Shown here piece by piece: positions 16,301-24,677 of a stretch of 33,810 bases of DNA. A model generated the notes under the pieces. The model was not told the origin of the DNA and searched no databases. It saw nothing but the letters and a program-made list of their open reading frames with translations. The DNA lies in sequence record SRR22947727_1835, one strand, 5' to 3'. Positions within the stretch are counted from its first letter, which is position 1, and each line of letters begins with the position of its first letter. Both the position numbers and the translations under genes were made by a program.

Positions 16301-18939
16301 GTTTTGACAATGAGTTGATCCCCATAGGGAAGGAGACATCTGGTAAAGATTATAGTTTAGAGCAGGTTCGTGAAGAAGGTCGCGCTGAATTTTTTAGAAG
16401 AATGTTAATTGATCCTGCTGCATCAAAAAAGATAGCGCCTAAATTTTATAGTGAGTTTAATAGTCTTGTCGATTCGTCACCAGGACTTAGAAGTAAAGTA
16501 GAGAAAATTACAGATTTCTATTCAGATATAACCGCACAGACAGCTTCCGAAAGAGTTGAATCAAAAATAGTCAACAAAGATGACCTTGAAACTAATGAAA
16601 GCTTTTCTGAAAAAAGTCGGCATTCTAAAAGGACTTTAATAGATAAATTTTCGCCACTCAAGGAAATTGAGAACGAGGTCTATGGTGATAAAGAAATATC
16701 TATATTGAAGTCACCGTATAGGATGGCTCGAATAGGCGCGGGTGTTGCTGATGTTGCAAATAGAAAAGTTGAGAGAGGGTTACTTCCCATACTTAAAAAT
16801 ATGTCTAGTGATGAGCTTCGCAGCTTTGAGGCTTATCTGGTCTCTTTAAGAACTAAAGTTGATTTAAATGATAGGGGCATTAGTTCTGGTGTAAATATTC
16901 AAGAGGCTAATCAGAATATTAAAGAGGCAGAGGCTGACTATCCACACTTTAGAAAACTACAAAAAGATCTAGTAAAATTTACGGATCAGATGCTTGTAGA
17001 TGCTGTTGAGGGTGGAGTTTTAACTGAATCTGAAGCACATTTGATGAAGTCGAAAAATAGAGCATATATACCTCTATCAAGAGCTTATGAAGGTAAAAAA
17101 TCAGGAGCTACAGGTAGTAAAGTTAATCCATTTAAAAAGATTGTTGGGGATAATACTTCTATAATATCGCCAATAGCGACTCTGGAAGAAAATGTATATA
17201 TGCTTGAGCGTGCCATTGCTCAGCAAAAAGTCCATAGTGCATTGCGGGATATGGCGAAAGTTGCAGGCAAAGGAAGGATTATAGAAAAAGTAGACTCATT
17301 TGGTAAGGATGAGCCTATAATAACTATTGTCCATAATGGCAAAAGGGAGTTTTTTAGGGTAAAAGATCAATTGGTTTTTGATTCCTTGACTCATTCGCCA
17401 ATTTCTGCATCGATTATTACTGGTGGATGGGAAGGATTAGCTTTAAATATTGCCTCTAAAGCTGCCAAAACTGTCAATAAAACTGCGATAATCACCTCTT
17501 CTTTTATTGCGAAGAACCCTGTTAGAGATACGTTTGCGGCTGCCGTTCAATCAAAAAATGACTTTATACCTGTCATTGATTCCATAAAAGGACTTATGTC
17601 AGTTATAACCAAAGATAAATATTTCGATATGTTTATGGATTCGGGCGGTAGTCAGTCTAATTTTGTCAACCAGGTTGATGATATTAAGCTTGGAAGAATT
17701 AATGAGAGTAGAGCTAAAAAAATAATTAAAAGCCTCAATCCTATAAATCACCTTCAGACAGTAGCGGAATATACAGAAGTAGCTACAAGGTTAGGAGATT
17801 TCAGGAAGACTTACAAACGAATGAGGGATCAAGGAGCCAGTGATACTGAATCTATTGCACAGGCTGTTTATGAAGCCAGAGAGGTTACACTTGATTTCCA
17901 AAAATCAGGTACTTTGATAAAATCAGCAAATCAATATGTTCCATTTCTGAATGCTAATATCCAAGGTAAAACTAAGCTGATACAGACGATGAAGCAACCA
18001 AAGCACATAATGAAGTTTGGTCTTTATGTAATAATGCCAGAAGTAATAATATGGGCTTTAAATAAGGATGATGAAGATTATAAAGAGTTGCCGGACCATG
18101 AAAAAAATAACTTTTGGATAATACCAATAAGCGTGGGCGATTCACCTTATATGAGGATACCTAAACCGCAAGGTTATTCCTGGTTCTCAAATAGATTGAG
18201 AAATACACTTGATTCAATTTCTGGAAACGAAAAGGCGTCAATTGATAAGATGTCATCTCGCCTTGTATCTGATTTAGGCGATGAGGTAGAGAGCTTGATG
18301 CCTGCTTTAATTAAGCCAATGATAGAGGTGTCTACGAATTATAGCTTTTTCCGTGGCGATAATATCATAAATAAATATTTAGAAAAGTTGCCTTTGGATA
18401 AGCAGCACAACAGCTACACGAGTGAAGTGTCTAAGTTTGTTGGTCCGAAAATTGGCATATCACCAATATACTTGGATCACCTTATATATGGTTATACGAC
18501 AAATTGGGGGAGTGTAGCCACATCAGCAATAGATAAGGCATTTTTAAGAGATGTAAATGAGGTTCCAGCCCCAGAAAAAGAACTTGGTCGGTCTCTTATT
18601 CCTAAACTAACAGGGATGAATACATTTCTCGGCAGAAATCCAAATTATTCAGCGGCATCAATACAGGAGGTTTTTGAAAAGTCAGACAAAATTAATGGCC
18701 TTGAAAGCTTATATCGTAGTCGTAATCCTAAAGAGCGCGAGGAGCTTATAAGGGATTATAAAGATCTGTGGAATAATCGTAGAAAGATAAAAATAGCTAG
18801 TTCACAGATTAAGAGACTTGGCAAAAAAGTTAATAGCATATATCGAGATAAAGACATGAGTCCCTACAAAAAGAAAGTGGAACTTAGAGATACTTTTGAC
18901 AAAATGATAATTGCCGCTAGGCGGGGCATTTCCGATTAG
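13381..18939 (+). CDS. Large internal virion/ejection polyvalent protein with a zincin-like HExxH region and a C-terminal LPD38-like domain
   Basis: 1852 aa. Ala/Gly-rich membrane-type region (AEGTTEFVQ), AHEVGH at 16240-16257 with downstream EEGRAEFFR, NPVRD, AREVTLDF, VPFLNANIQG and DEDYKELPDHEKNNFWIIP..RIPKP. Confidence 0.78.
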   Translation: MEGFPTLDELTEHESFQSLPANRQAVALMDYKDRAFRHMVSNNLISGNEQELQEAHSFLDKTVRSYMPSGNSFSALGGAISVNPGQEIVSEFAGMAGTQQEVSTKRGVRDAMRRAQMAQAQFSSDDPYSYGPKNTGINENALDAFAKEKSAKFEEIRQGAEAVISEDKDRIGNYLIQQESGALSLSGLGSAANRMGADLLAATASNVVAPGVGPFAYYANAGIARGDRTERISHPERSAEERQVRSAAVGIVSGSVDAVGFGWMTGTSRIAKAQKVLNNSIGGKIAGAAIAEGTTEFVQSLVESVGHNAEAFDDVVTILSDPKVLKQALEEAAMGSILGAGVRGGVEVTPKAVESITKTDTYRDAVNKLEAIKENVSIDRKGKESIYELSKRLNEMTAETIAADEVATSKQLDNDFAQEKIQEVESLQTGKFESENIQSPDVAGISEKDLVTRKEAKEQGGEYIPSMREMAEEKIGRITSDPALMKINNIDDQASLATYLFRSGLFDEIEAEIKAVSDGNADYDAIISKAINRQFNKPEESFAIDNDVIQDPETVSQETTQAEQPKAQKVKVDQPVEPTKKGAAPKEKPMSLRDRAESQIRDVLSNDELVRDFRIDDRDSLVEYLFLSDKFDQITDDLIDNTKDSNVDIELIMNKAINRQLKEFGKRKESKAQKDFEDVYGDIENEIDYDSTKPEFEPHAALLERAKEENRREKLELRKARAKARKKKKEIAGKDPEFRGKLDDTVSKVRQLILGNGGIKRDSFHKDSIQTDKVQNFSAVFNAERGKGLNLDQHMEVLKQEGLISDNTTPEQVVDMLQEDIKEINKNQTSRPSLELLQEQNKDTKFKVDEWEPDASFFAESGLPSVSSDQDFLPGSELIPNRDPIPVPFSVDNDSSERKRTTRKIRDIIKVVQDELGIPVRKGKFSGGRKTLGIYKPRAKVIRTRIAEDLQVIAHEVGHSLSDRLGIATSEDSRFDNELIPIGKETSGKDYSLEQVREEGRAEFFRRMLIDPAASKKIAPKFYSEFNSLVDSSPGLRSKVEKITDFYSDITAQTASERVESKIVNKDDLETNESFSEKSRHSKRTLIDKFSPLKEIENEVYGDKEISILKSPYRMARIGAGVADVANRKVERGLLPILKNMSSDELRSFEAYLVSLRTKVDLNDRGISSGVNIQEANQNIKEAEADYPHFRKLQKDLVKFTDQMLVDAVEGGVLTESEAHLMKSKNRAYIPLSRAYEGKKSGATGSKVNPFKKIVGDNTSIISPIATLEENVYMLERAIAQQKVHSALRDMAKVAGKGRIIEKVDSFGKDEPIITIVHNGKREFFRVKDQLVFDSLTHSPISASIITGGWEGLALNIASKAAKTVNKTAIITSSFIAKNPVRDTFAAAVQSKNDFIPVIDSIKGLMSVITKDKYFDMFMDSGGSQSNFVNQVDDIKLGRINESRAKKIIKSLNPINHLQTVAEYTEVATRLGDFRKTYKRMRDQGASDTESIAQAVYEAREVTLDFQKSGTLIKSANQYVPFLNANIQGKTKLIQTMKQPKHIMKFGLYVIMPEVIIWALNKDDEDYKELPDHEKNNFWIIPISVGDSPYMRIPKPQGYSWFSNRLRNTLDSISGNEKASIDKMSSRLVSDLGDEVESLMPALIKPMIEVSTNYSFFRGDNIINKYLEKLPLDKQHNSYTSEVSKFVGPKIGISPIYLDHLIYGYTTNWGSVATSAIDKAFLRDVNEVPAPEKELGRSLIPKLTGMNTFLGRNPNYSAASIQEVFEKSDKINGLESLYRSRNPKEREELIRDYKDLWNNRRKIKIASSQIKRLGKKVNSIYRDKDMSPYKKKVELRDTFDKMIIAARRGISD

Positions 18940-18973
18940 CACTAAGTTAAAAACCTTAAACAAGGGGCAATAG

Positions 18974-19174
18974 ATGACTACGGTTCAAGTTATAGACACA
19001 ACAGACAAGCAGTTTATCGGTGAAATTTTTGATCTTCCTACTCTTTCGTTAAGTGGTGTAGATTTGCCTATTTCAGAAGACATAATCTTTCATATTCAAA
19101 AGACAGAAGATTTAAGTAATGGGCTTCATCGTTTCTCTAATACTCATTATGTGGCAATAATTAAGGAAATCTAA
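18974..19174 (+). CDS. Hypothetical protein
   Basis: 66-aa ORF with AAGGGG SD, abutting the next ATG. Confidence 0.7.
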   Translation: MTTVQVIDTTDKQFIGEIFDLPTLSLSGVDLPISEDIIFHIQKTEDLSNGLHRFSNTHYVAIIKEI

Positions 19175-22100
19175 ATGGCAGCTACGATAACAAGCACGGC
19201 TACAAGAATAACTATCAGCGGAAACTATAAGGCTTTCGATTCAACAACAGGATCAACATCCACTGTTATCCAATACTCAACAGGTGATGCTCCTGCTTCT
19301 GGTGATGCAGGTCGTTTTCTTATGTGGAAGAAGGGGGCTTTGTCTAAAGATTGGGAAATAAGATATATAGAATCAGCTACTGCAACAACGGTAACTGTAG
19401 GCGATGGAGGGTTCAGTTCTGCTCCAGCTTCTGGTGAGGATTTTGTTATTAGTACAAACTTAGCAGACATTGAAACTGCTGAACCAGTCGCTTGTACTGT
19501 TGCAGGTAAATCATACTCTTTTAACGGTAGAGACTGGGGCTTAACAAGTGGAGCATTTCTAGCTGATGTAGATGTGTCACTAGATACAGAGCAATCAGTT
19601 AATACATCAGGGTATGCCGCATGGAATGGTGCGAATGGATGTGCTGTTCAATTTGGTAGGCTGACAGGAGGCGAGGCAAACAACTCAACAATCACAAGAC
19701 AGGGTTGTTATATTTCTCTAAATAGCTCAAAGCCTAGTTCAAACTCAAACGTTTTTGGTTCTGGTAGTTCAGAAGTATCTAATGGGCCTATCTTTAATTT
19801 CTACGGATGTTACATCAAGAACTACACACCCACAGCTTCTAATTGGGCATTTATGCGAGGTACAGGGCCTGTAAGGTTTATTGGTTCAATTTGGGATGGC
19901 CCTATTGGAGGTGCTTTTTACCATTCAGCAAGTGAACTGGTGGATACAAAGTTCAGAGGTAACACAAACCTTACTCCTGCTTGGAGTATTAGAGCTACTT
20001 TCATACGAGCAGTTTCTGGTGTTCAGTTTGCTAATGGCTTGGCAGCTTTCAAGACGTATCAGACTTTTGTTGGTGTGTTTAGGGACACCGTATTTGATTT
20101 AGATTCTTTAGATACCGTTCTGTTCTTGTCGGGGCAAGCAGGTGGTCTAACTACGCTTATTGACTGCACAACGTTTGGAGATGGAGACATTACTGACAGT
20201 GGAAGTGGCGAAGTACTTCAAGGAAAGAGTGTAAATTACACAATTACAGATAGTTCAGGTACAGGATTGACAGGTGCTAAAGTTGCGGTATACGACAATG
20301 CAGGAGCCATTCAAGATGTTATAGAAGAGAGTACAAGCGGGGCTGTTGACGAGATTGTAGCTATTTTCAATAGTTATATAGACTCTGCTCCAAGCACAGA
20401 TAAATCACCTTTTGATATTCGTATAAGAATGTATGGCTACCAGTACCAAGACTTTCAGAGTGCGGTTAGTGAACCTATTAAACAGGAATTTAGACTTCCT
20501 GATAATACAGTTACAGTGCTAAGTGAAGCAGCGGCAGGAGCTTTAACAGGTATCGCTATTGACTTTACTCTAGAAACCTTGACTTTAACAGAGTCACATA
20601 CACTTAGTGAAATCTATGACTACACTCAAAGCCAAATGGCTCTTGATGCAAACATGGATGAAATTGAATTCTTTAAATCAGGTGATGGCAGTGTATTCAC
20701 TTTTAATGATGATTGGGATTTAATTCTTGGAGCTTCAGGTGATATAACAGGTGCAGTGGGTAAGACTGTCGTATTCGGTGGAACTGGCAAGCTTCACTTA
20801 AACGATGCAGGTAATAATATTGATGGCTTAACGGTTAGTGGCGATATTGACCTTGGTGCTCTAGTGACGCCAATTACTGATGTGACTGCTAATATTATTG
20901 ATTACAGTATAGTCGGAACATATACAGTAGATGCCTGTACAATAACCGAGGTAACGAACTCAAGCGTTGGTGCGGTTACTGTTGACCTAACTAATGGATC
21001 AACAATCACAACCAATACTGGTCCTAGTATCACTCTAACATACCCTGTAGATGGTATTCAGTTTAGTAATATTGTTGCAGGATCTCAGGTAGTGGTATTT
21101 AATACAGGTACTCAAACAGAAGTATTCAGAACTAACTCAAGTGGCACTTCAGAGTTGGCTGATATTAGCTTGGGAACCTATGACTATACAGTTATGAAGG
21201 TTGGCTACGCTCCATTGCGTGTTACAGGCGTAGTTGTTAGCCAGTATGTTACTAATGCTGTTGAGATTCAGCAATCATCAGATAGGGCGTATGTGACCTC
21301 TACAGGTTTGACTTTTGGGACTACTGCAACAATCGATACAGGTTTAGAAGAATTTGCTGTCACTGTCACGACTAGTGTGCAAAACTGGTATAGTTTTTGG
21401 GTTGAGGAATGGATTAACCAAGCGAGTCTAACTAATACAGCATTCCCTCTTGAGCCTTTTGGTTCTGCTTCCTTCTCTTTGAATCAAGATTACGAATTTA
21501 CTGCCGGATCAATCCAGTACTTAAAAAGCGATGGCTTTAGGTATGTTAATGCCGTTGGCGCTGTTACGGCTTCCTATTGTGCTATTTTATCTCAGGGAGT
21601 AACCGCAGGATTACAGGCTAGATATGAACAAGAGTCAGGCGGTACAGTTAGCACAGCCCTAAACACAGGCAATGTAGATCAAGTATTACAAATATTCGGT
21701 GATGTCACACACGGCAATTTTGACTATACAGGATATTTAGATTTTAAAGTTCAAGCTAATGGATATAGACAAGCTGAGGTAGATGTTACGAGTATCTATG
21801 GGACTTTAGAGGAAAATTTATATGTCATAGGCTTAAATACTATAGCCATTGATGGTTTACCTCTTGGAGATCCTTCACCTACAGGATTAACATTAACAGA
21901 TGATTCAGCGGCCCCTATCTCATGGGATGCAGGCGATGGCGCTAAAAATTATTCAATTACGGTCACTGATACTGGAAGCAATACAGGTGAAACAATTCTA
22001 AGATGGTTAAACTATAATCTTGCACAGTCTGGATCTTTCCAAGGTTTACAAACGTTTGATTGGCCTGAAATGATTCTGGATAATGGCGCAGCTTATGAGA

Positions 22101-23041
22101 CACTTAGAGGCACATTGCATATGGCTGGTGGCGATGTATTAGCAGGAGTGCGAGTTATAGACGGCTCAGGCGATCCACATCCAGACTTTACACGCTTTCA
22201 AGCTGATGATGGTACATATGGGACACCTCCAACGAAATATACTGGAAGTATCACAAATATTACCACAGGTTCAAGACTTCAGATCTACAATGTAACTACA
22301 GCAACAGAAATTTATAATGATATTATTGCGGGTACTTCATACACTCAGATTTATATAGAGGGTTCCGATTACACAATAGGCGATTCTATAAGAGTTAGAT
22401 TAACTTATCAATCTGGTATTACTGCTAAACTTGGATTTGAAACTGTTACTATTGCCGCTGCCGGTTGGTCTGTATTAGCAGCTCAAGAAGATGACGAGGT
22501 TTACAATACTATTGCGATTGATGGCTCTACTGTAACTAAATTTACAGCAGACTTTATAAATAATGAGGTTGACATAGTTACAGCAACAGACTTCACAGGT
22601 GTTGAGCTGTACGCTAGATATGTTTACTTCACAACATTAGAAGATGGTATAAGACAATTCTTCAAAGGCTTTAATGCGATAGACTTAGCTAACTTTGAGA
22701 ATGATGTATCTGTATTAGATTTTTTCCTAAACAATGATACCACAACGAATCTAAAGCAAACTGATAATGTAAGGCTTTATAAATCAGATGGTGCTTACCC
22801 AATACGTAACCCTACTACAGGTGGCGGTGGCATGGATGTTGTTTGGAGAAATCAGATATACATTGCGGATGGTGCAGGCGGTGGATTAGATGAAGCTGAA
22901 TTACATGCAGCTCTTGATAATTACGCCAATAAAGATGGCTACCAGGCTAATCAAGATCTGACTCATGCAAAGCTTGATAAAATCAATAAAATTATTGACA
23001 ATGCTAACGGCAGAAGAAGCAAGGATTTGTTTAGAAATTAG
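19175..23041 (+). CDS. Giant Thr/Ser/Gly-rich beta protein, probable virion appendage
   Basis: 1288 aa, acidic. Probable beta-helix in the N-terminal third, then Ig/prealbumin-like modules (VNYTITDSSGTGLTGAKVAVY; NIVAGSQVVVFN and NITTGSRLQIYN). No signal peptide. AAGGA SD. Confidence 0.55.
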   Translation: MAATITSTATRITISGNYKAFDSTTGSTSTVIQYSTGDAPASGDAGRFLMWKKGALSKDWEIRYIESATATTVTVGDGGFSSAPASGEDFVISTNLADIETAEPVACTVAGKSYSFNGRDWGLTSGAFLADVDVSLDTEQSVNTSGYAAWNGANGCAVQFGRLTGGEANNSTITRQGCYISLNSSKPSSNSNVFGSGSSEVSNGPIFNFYGCYIKNYTPTASNWAFMRGTGPVRFIGSIWDGPIGGAFYHSASELVDTKFRGNTNLTPAWSIRATFIRAVSGVQFANGLAAFKTYQTFVGVFRDTVFDLDSLDTVLFLSGQAGGLTTLIDCTTFGDGDITDSGSGEVLQGKSVNYTITDSSGTGLTGAKVAVYDNAGAIQDVIEESTSGAVDEIVAIFNSYIDSAPSTDKSPFDIRIRMYGYQYQDFQSAVSEPIKQEFRLPDNTVTVLSEAAAGALTGIAIDFTLETLTLTESHTLSEIYDYTQSQMALDANMDEIEFFKSGDGSVFTFNDDWDLILGASGDITGAVGKTVVFGGTGKLHLNDAGNNIDGLTVSGDIDLGALVTPITDVTANIIDYSIVGTYTVDACTITEVTNSSVGAVTVDLTNGSTITTNTGPSITLTYPVDGIQFSNIVAGSQVVVFNTGTQTEVFRTNSSGTSELADISLGTYDYTVMKVGYAPLRVTGVVVSQYVTNAVEIQQSSDRAYVTSTGLTFGTTATIDTGLEEFAVTVTTSVQNWYSFWVEEWINQASLTNTAFPLEPFGSASFSLNQDYEFTAGSIQYLKSDGFRYVNAVGAVTASYCAILSQGVTAGLQARYEQESGGTVSTALNTGNVDQVLQIFGDVTHGNFDYTGYLDFKVQANGYRQAEVDVTSIYGTLEENLYVIGLNTIAIDGLPLGDPSPTGLTLTDDSAAPISWDAGDGAKNYSITVTDTGSNTGETILRWLNYNLAQSGSFQGLQTFDWPEMILDNGAAYETLRGTLHMAGGDVLAGVRVIDGSGDPHPDFTRFQADDGTYGTPPTKYTGSITNITTGSRLQIYNVTTATEIYNDIIAGTSYTQIYIEGSDYTIGDSIRVRLTYQSGITAKLGFETVTIAAAGWSVLAAQEDDEVYNTIAIDGSTVTKFTADFINNEVDIVTATDFTGVELYARYVYFTTLEDGIRQFFKGFNAIDLANFENDVSVLDFFLNNDTTTNLKQTDNVRLYKSDGAYPIRNPTTGGGGMDVVWRNQIYIADGAGGGLDEAELHAALDNYANKDGYQANQDLTHAKLDKINKIIDNANGRRSKDLFRN

Positions 23042-23058
23042 CTATATTCAGCGGGGAA

Positions 23059-23078
23059 TGGCCCCAAAATAGGGGCCA
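23059..23078. promoter_or_regulatory. GC-rich inverted repeat after the late operon (possible terminator or operator)
   Basis: TGGCCCC-AAAATA-GGGGCCA, with no good U-tract on either side. Confidence 0.45.
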
Positions 23079-23246
23079 GAATCGTGCTTATATAACTGTC
23101 TGCGATCTTCCTTTTTTCCAATTCCCATAAATCCCTCAATTTCCTTCAGTAAGACAAAAGCCTTTAATATTGAACGTGTTATGACTGTGCCCTGCATTAT
23201 ATTTTCCGGTATTTTCATTAATATACTTTACCTAATGTAATTAAAA

Positions 23247-23291
23247 ATACAAAAAAAAGCAAATTTTTGTATATTGCCAACTTGCTAAGAT
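23247..23291 (+). promoter_or_regulatory. Putative early promoter with an operator-like inverted repeat
   Basis: Extended -10 TGcTAAGAT at 23283-23291. Inverted repeat ATACAAAAA-N8-TTTTTGTAT (23247-23272) covers the expected -35 position. Confidence 0.5.
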
Positions 23292-23342
23292 CTTAATCGC
23301 AATGTAAATGTGTATAGATCGACAAAACAACAAGAGGATAAA

Positions 23343-23486
23343 ATGCTGAAAACATTAAGAGTCAAGGAAGGTACGCACAAAGAACTTAAAGAGTTCTGTG
23401 ATTCCAGAAATAAGAAAATAGTTGGCACGATTGACCAGCTCATCATTGAAGCAATACGAGTAACTAAGATTAAGGAAGCGATTTAA
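23343..23486 (+). CDS. Ribbon-helix-helix (Arc/CopG-like) DNA-binding protein, 47 aa, absent from the ORF track
   Basis: Translated by hand: MLKTLRVKEGTHKELKEFCDSRNKKIVGTIDQLIIEAIRVTKIKEAI. GAGGA SD. Its TAA overlaps the ATG of the antirepressor. Confidence 0.75.
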   Translation: MLKTLRVKEGTHKELKEFCDSRNKKIVGTIDQLIIEAIRVTKIKEAI

Positions 23487-24220
23487 TGTCTGAATTATCG
23501 AAACTAAACAACTCTTGCGTTGCGATGACAACTAAAGAAATTGCTGACCTAACTGGAAAGCGTCACGACCATGTTTATAGAGATGCAGAAAACATGCTTA
23601 ATGAGCTAGAAAAAGATCTCCCCAAATTTGGGGGGATCTATAAAGACTCATATAATCGAGATCAAAATTGCTACGTTCTCGATAAAGAATTAACAATGAC
23701 TCTTGTCTCTGGTTACAATATCAAAATGCGTCATGCAATTATTCAGCGTTGGCAAGAAGTAGAAAGAGCTGGCAAAGAGTTAGCTGAAGCTATCCAAGCT
23801 ACTGACTATCGAGTTTTGCGCAAAATGGCAGATCTTGCAGAGTCTAAGCAAATTCTAGCTCTTGAAAATGAAGAATTAAGACCTCTTGCAAAGGTTACTG
23901 AGGTTTTTGCCCAGTCTAAAGAAGATCGTTTGATTCGTGACTTCGCAAAAATGATCTCTACAAAAGAACTTAAGTTAGGTCAAAACCAAATTTTTGGCTG
24001 GCTTTATGATCGTATGTACCTAATGAAGGGCGGTCGTTGTCATAGAATGCCTTATCAGAGATTTATTGATAATGGTTATTTCAATGTAAAGACTTCTACT
24101 CATCAGGGAAGTGAAAAAATTCACATGAGTCATACTACGACAATAACTGCTAAAGGTATGGTAGCCTTAGCGCCTAAGATTATTGCTCATTTTGAGAACT
24201 CTATAAGTAAGGCATCTTAA
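23486..24220 (+). CDS. Phage antirepressor: Rha-family N-terminus plus ANT/KilA-C C-terminus
   Basis: MTTKEIADLTGKRHDHVYRD..Y.L.KE..MTLVSGYNIKMRHAIIQRWQE (Rha) and IRDFAK..GQNQIFGWL..MPYQRFIDNGYF..TTITAKG (ANT). Confidence 0.92.
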   Translation: MSELSKLNNSCVAMTTKEIADLTGKRHDHVYRDAENMLNELEKDLPKFGGIYKDSYNRDQNCYVLDKELTMTLVSGYNIKMRHAIIQRWQEVERAGKELAEAIQATDYRVLRKMADLAESKQILALENEELRPLAKVTEVFAQSKEDRLIRDFAKMISTKELKLGQNQIFGWLYDRMYLMKGGRCHRMPYQRFIDNGYFNVKTSTHQGSEKIHMSHTTTITAKGMVALAPKIIAHFENSISKAS

Positions 24221-24224
24221 TATC

Positions 24225-24335
24225 ATGTCTAAGACCATGGCAGATTTTCGCAAGATGCTTAAGAGTCGAGAGAAGTTTGAGTGCATAAAAAAAGCTTCCA
24301 AGTCCGCACAAGGAAGCAAATCAAAAAAACAATAA
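24225..24335 (+). CDS. Possible 36-aa basic peptide
   Basis: Translated by hand: MSKTMADFRKMLKSREKFECIKKASKSAQGSKSKKQ. Starts 4 nt after the antirepressor stop. Confidence 0.45.
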   Translation: MSKTMADFRKMLKSREKFECIKKASKSAQGSKSKKQ

Positions 24336-24339
24336 GTCA

Positions 24340-24368
24340 ATCTTACAGTATAATTAACAATCTGTCAA
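24340..24368 (-). promoter_or_regulatory. Near-consensus sigma70 promoter pointing antisense toward the antirepressor
   Basis: Minus strand reads TTGACA (24368-24363), 17 nt, TAAGAT (24345-24340). Confidence 0.6.
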
Positions 24369-24425
24369 ATTGACTTCCAATTAAGGAATCAAAAAAATGT
24401 CTAGTCAAGATACCGGTGTGTCTAA

Positions 24426-24677
24426 ATGATAGTCCATGCAGAAGATTTTAAGTCTATGGGGACTGAAGGGGATTCTATAATCCTCTACTTAGAGCCTAAT
24501 AAGCTCATTTTCCAAAGTGAAGGCGAGAAGCTTCAAGCCATGTCTTACTTAGATCATGACGAGCTTGCCAAATATATCGAGGGCGATGAAGTGCCTTGTG
24601 ATTGTCCTGGCAATGATCGTCTTTGTAGAAAGTGCAACGGAAAAGGGGAGCTTACCTGCCATGTCACCTATCGATAA
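24426..24677 (+). CDS. Hypothetical protein with a C-terminal Cys-rich zinc-binding motif
   Basis: CDCPG....CRKCNGKG resembles a DnaJ-type CxxCxGxG finger. Confidence 0.65.
   Translation: MIVHAEDFKSMGTEGDSIILYLEPNKLIFQSEGEKLQAMSYLDHDELAKYIEGDEVPCDCPGNDRLCRKCNGKGELTCHVTYR

Noticed and set aside
13381..18939. N4-like virion RNA polymerase, suggested by the N4-type capsid
   Set aside because: Much shorter than the N4 enzyme, no recognisable polymerase motifs, and the motifs fit an LPD38-type polyvalent protein.
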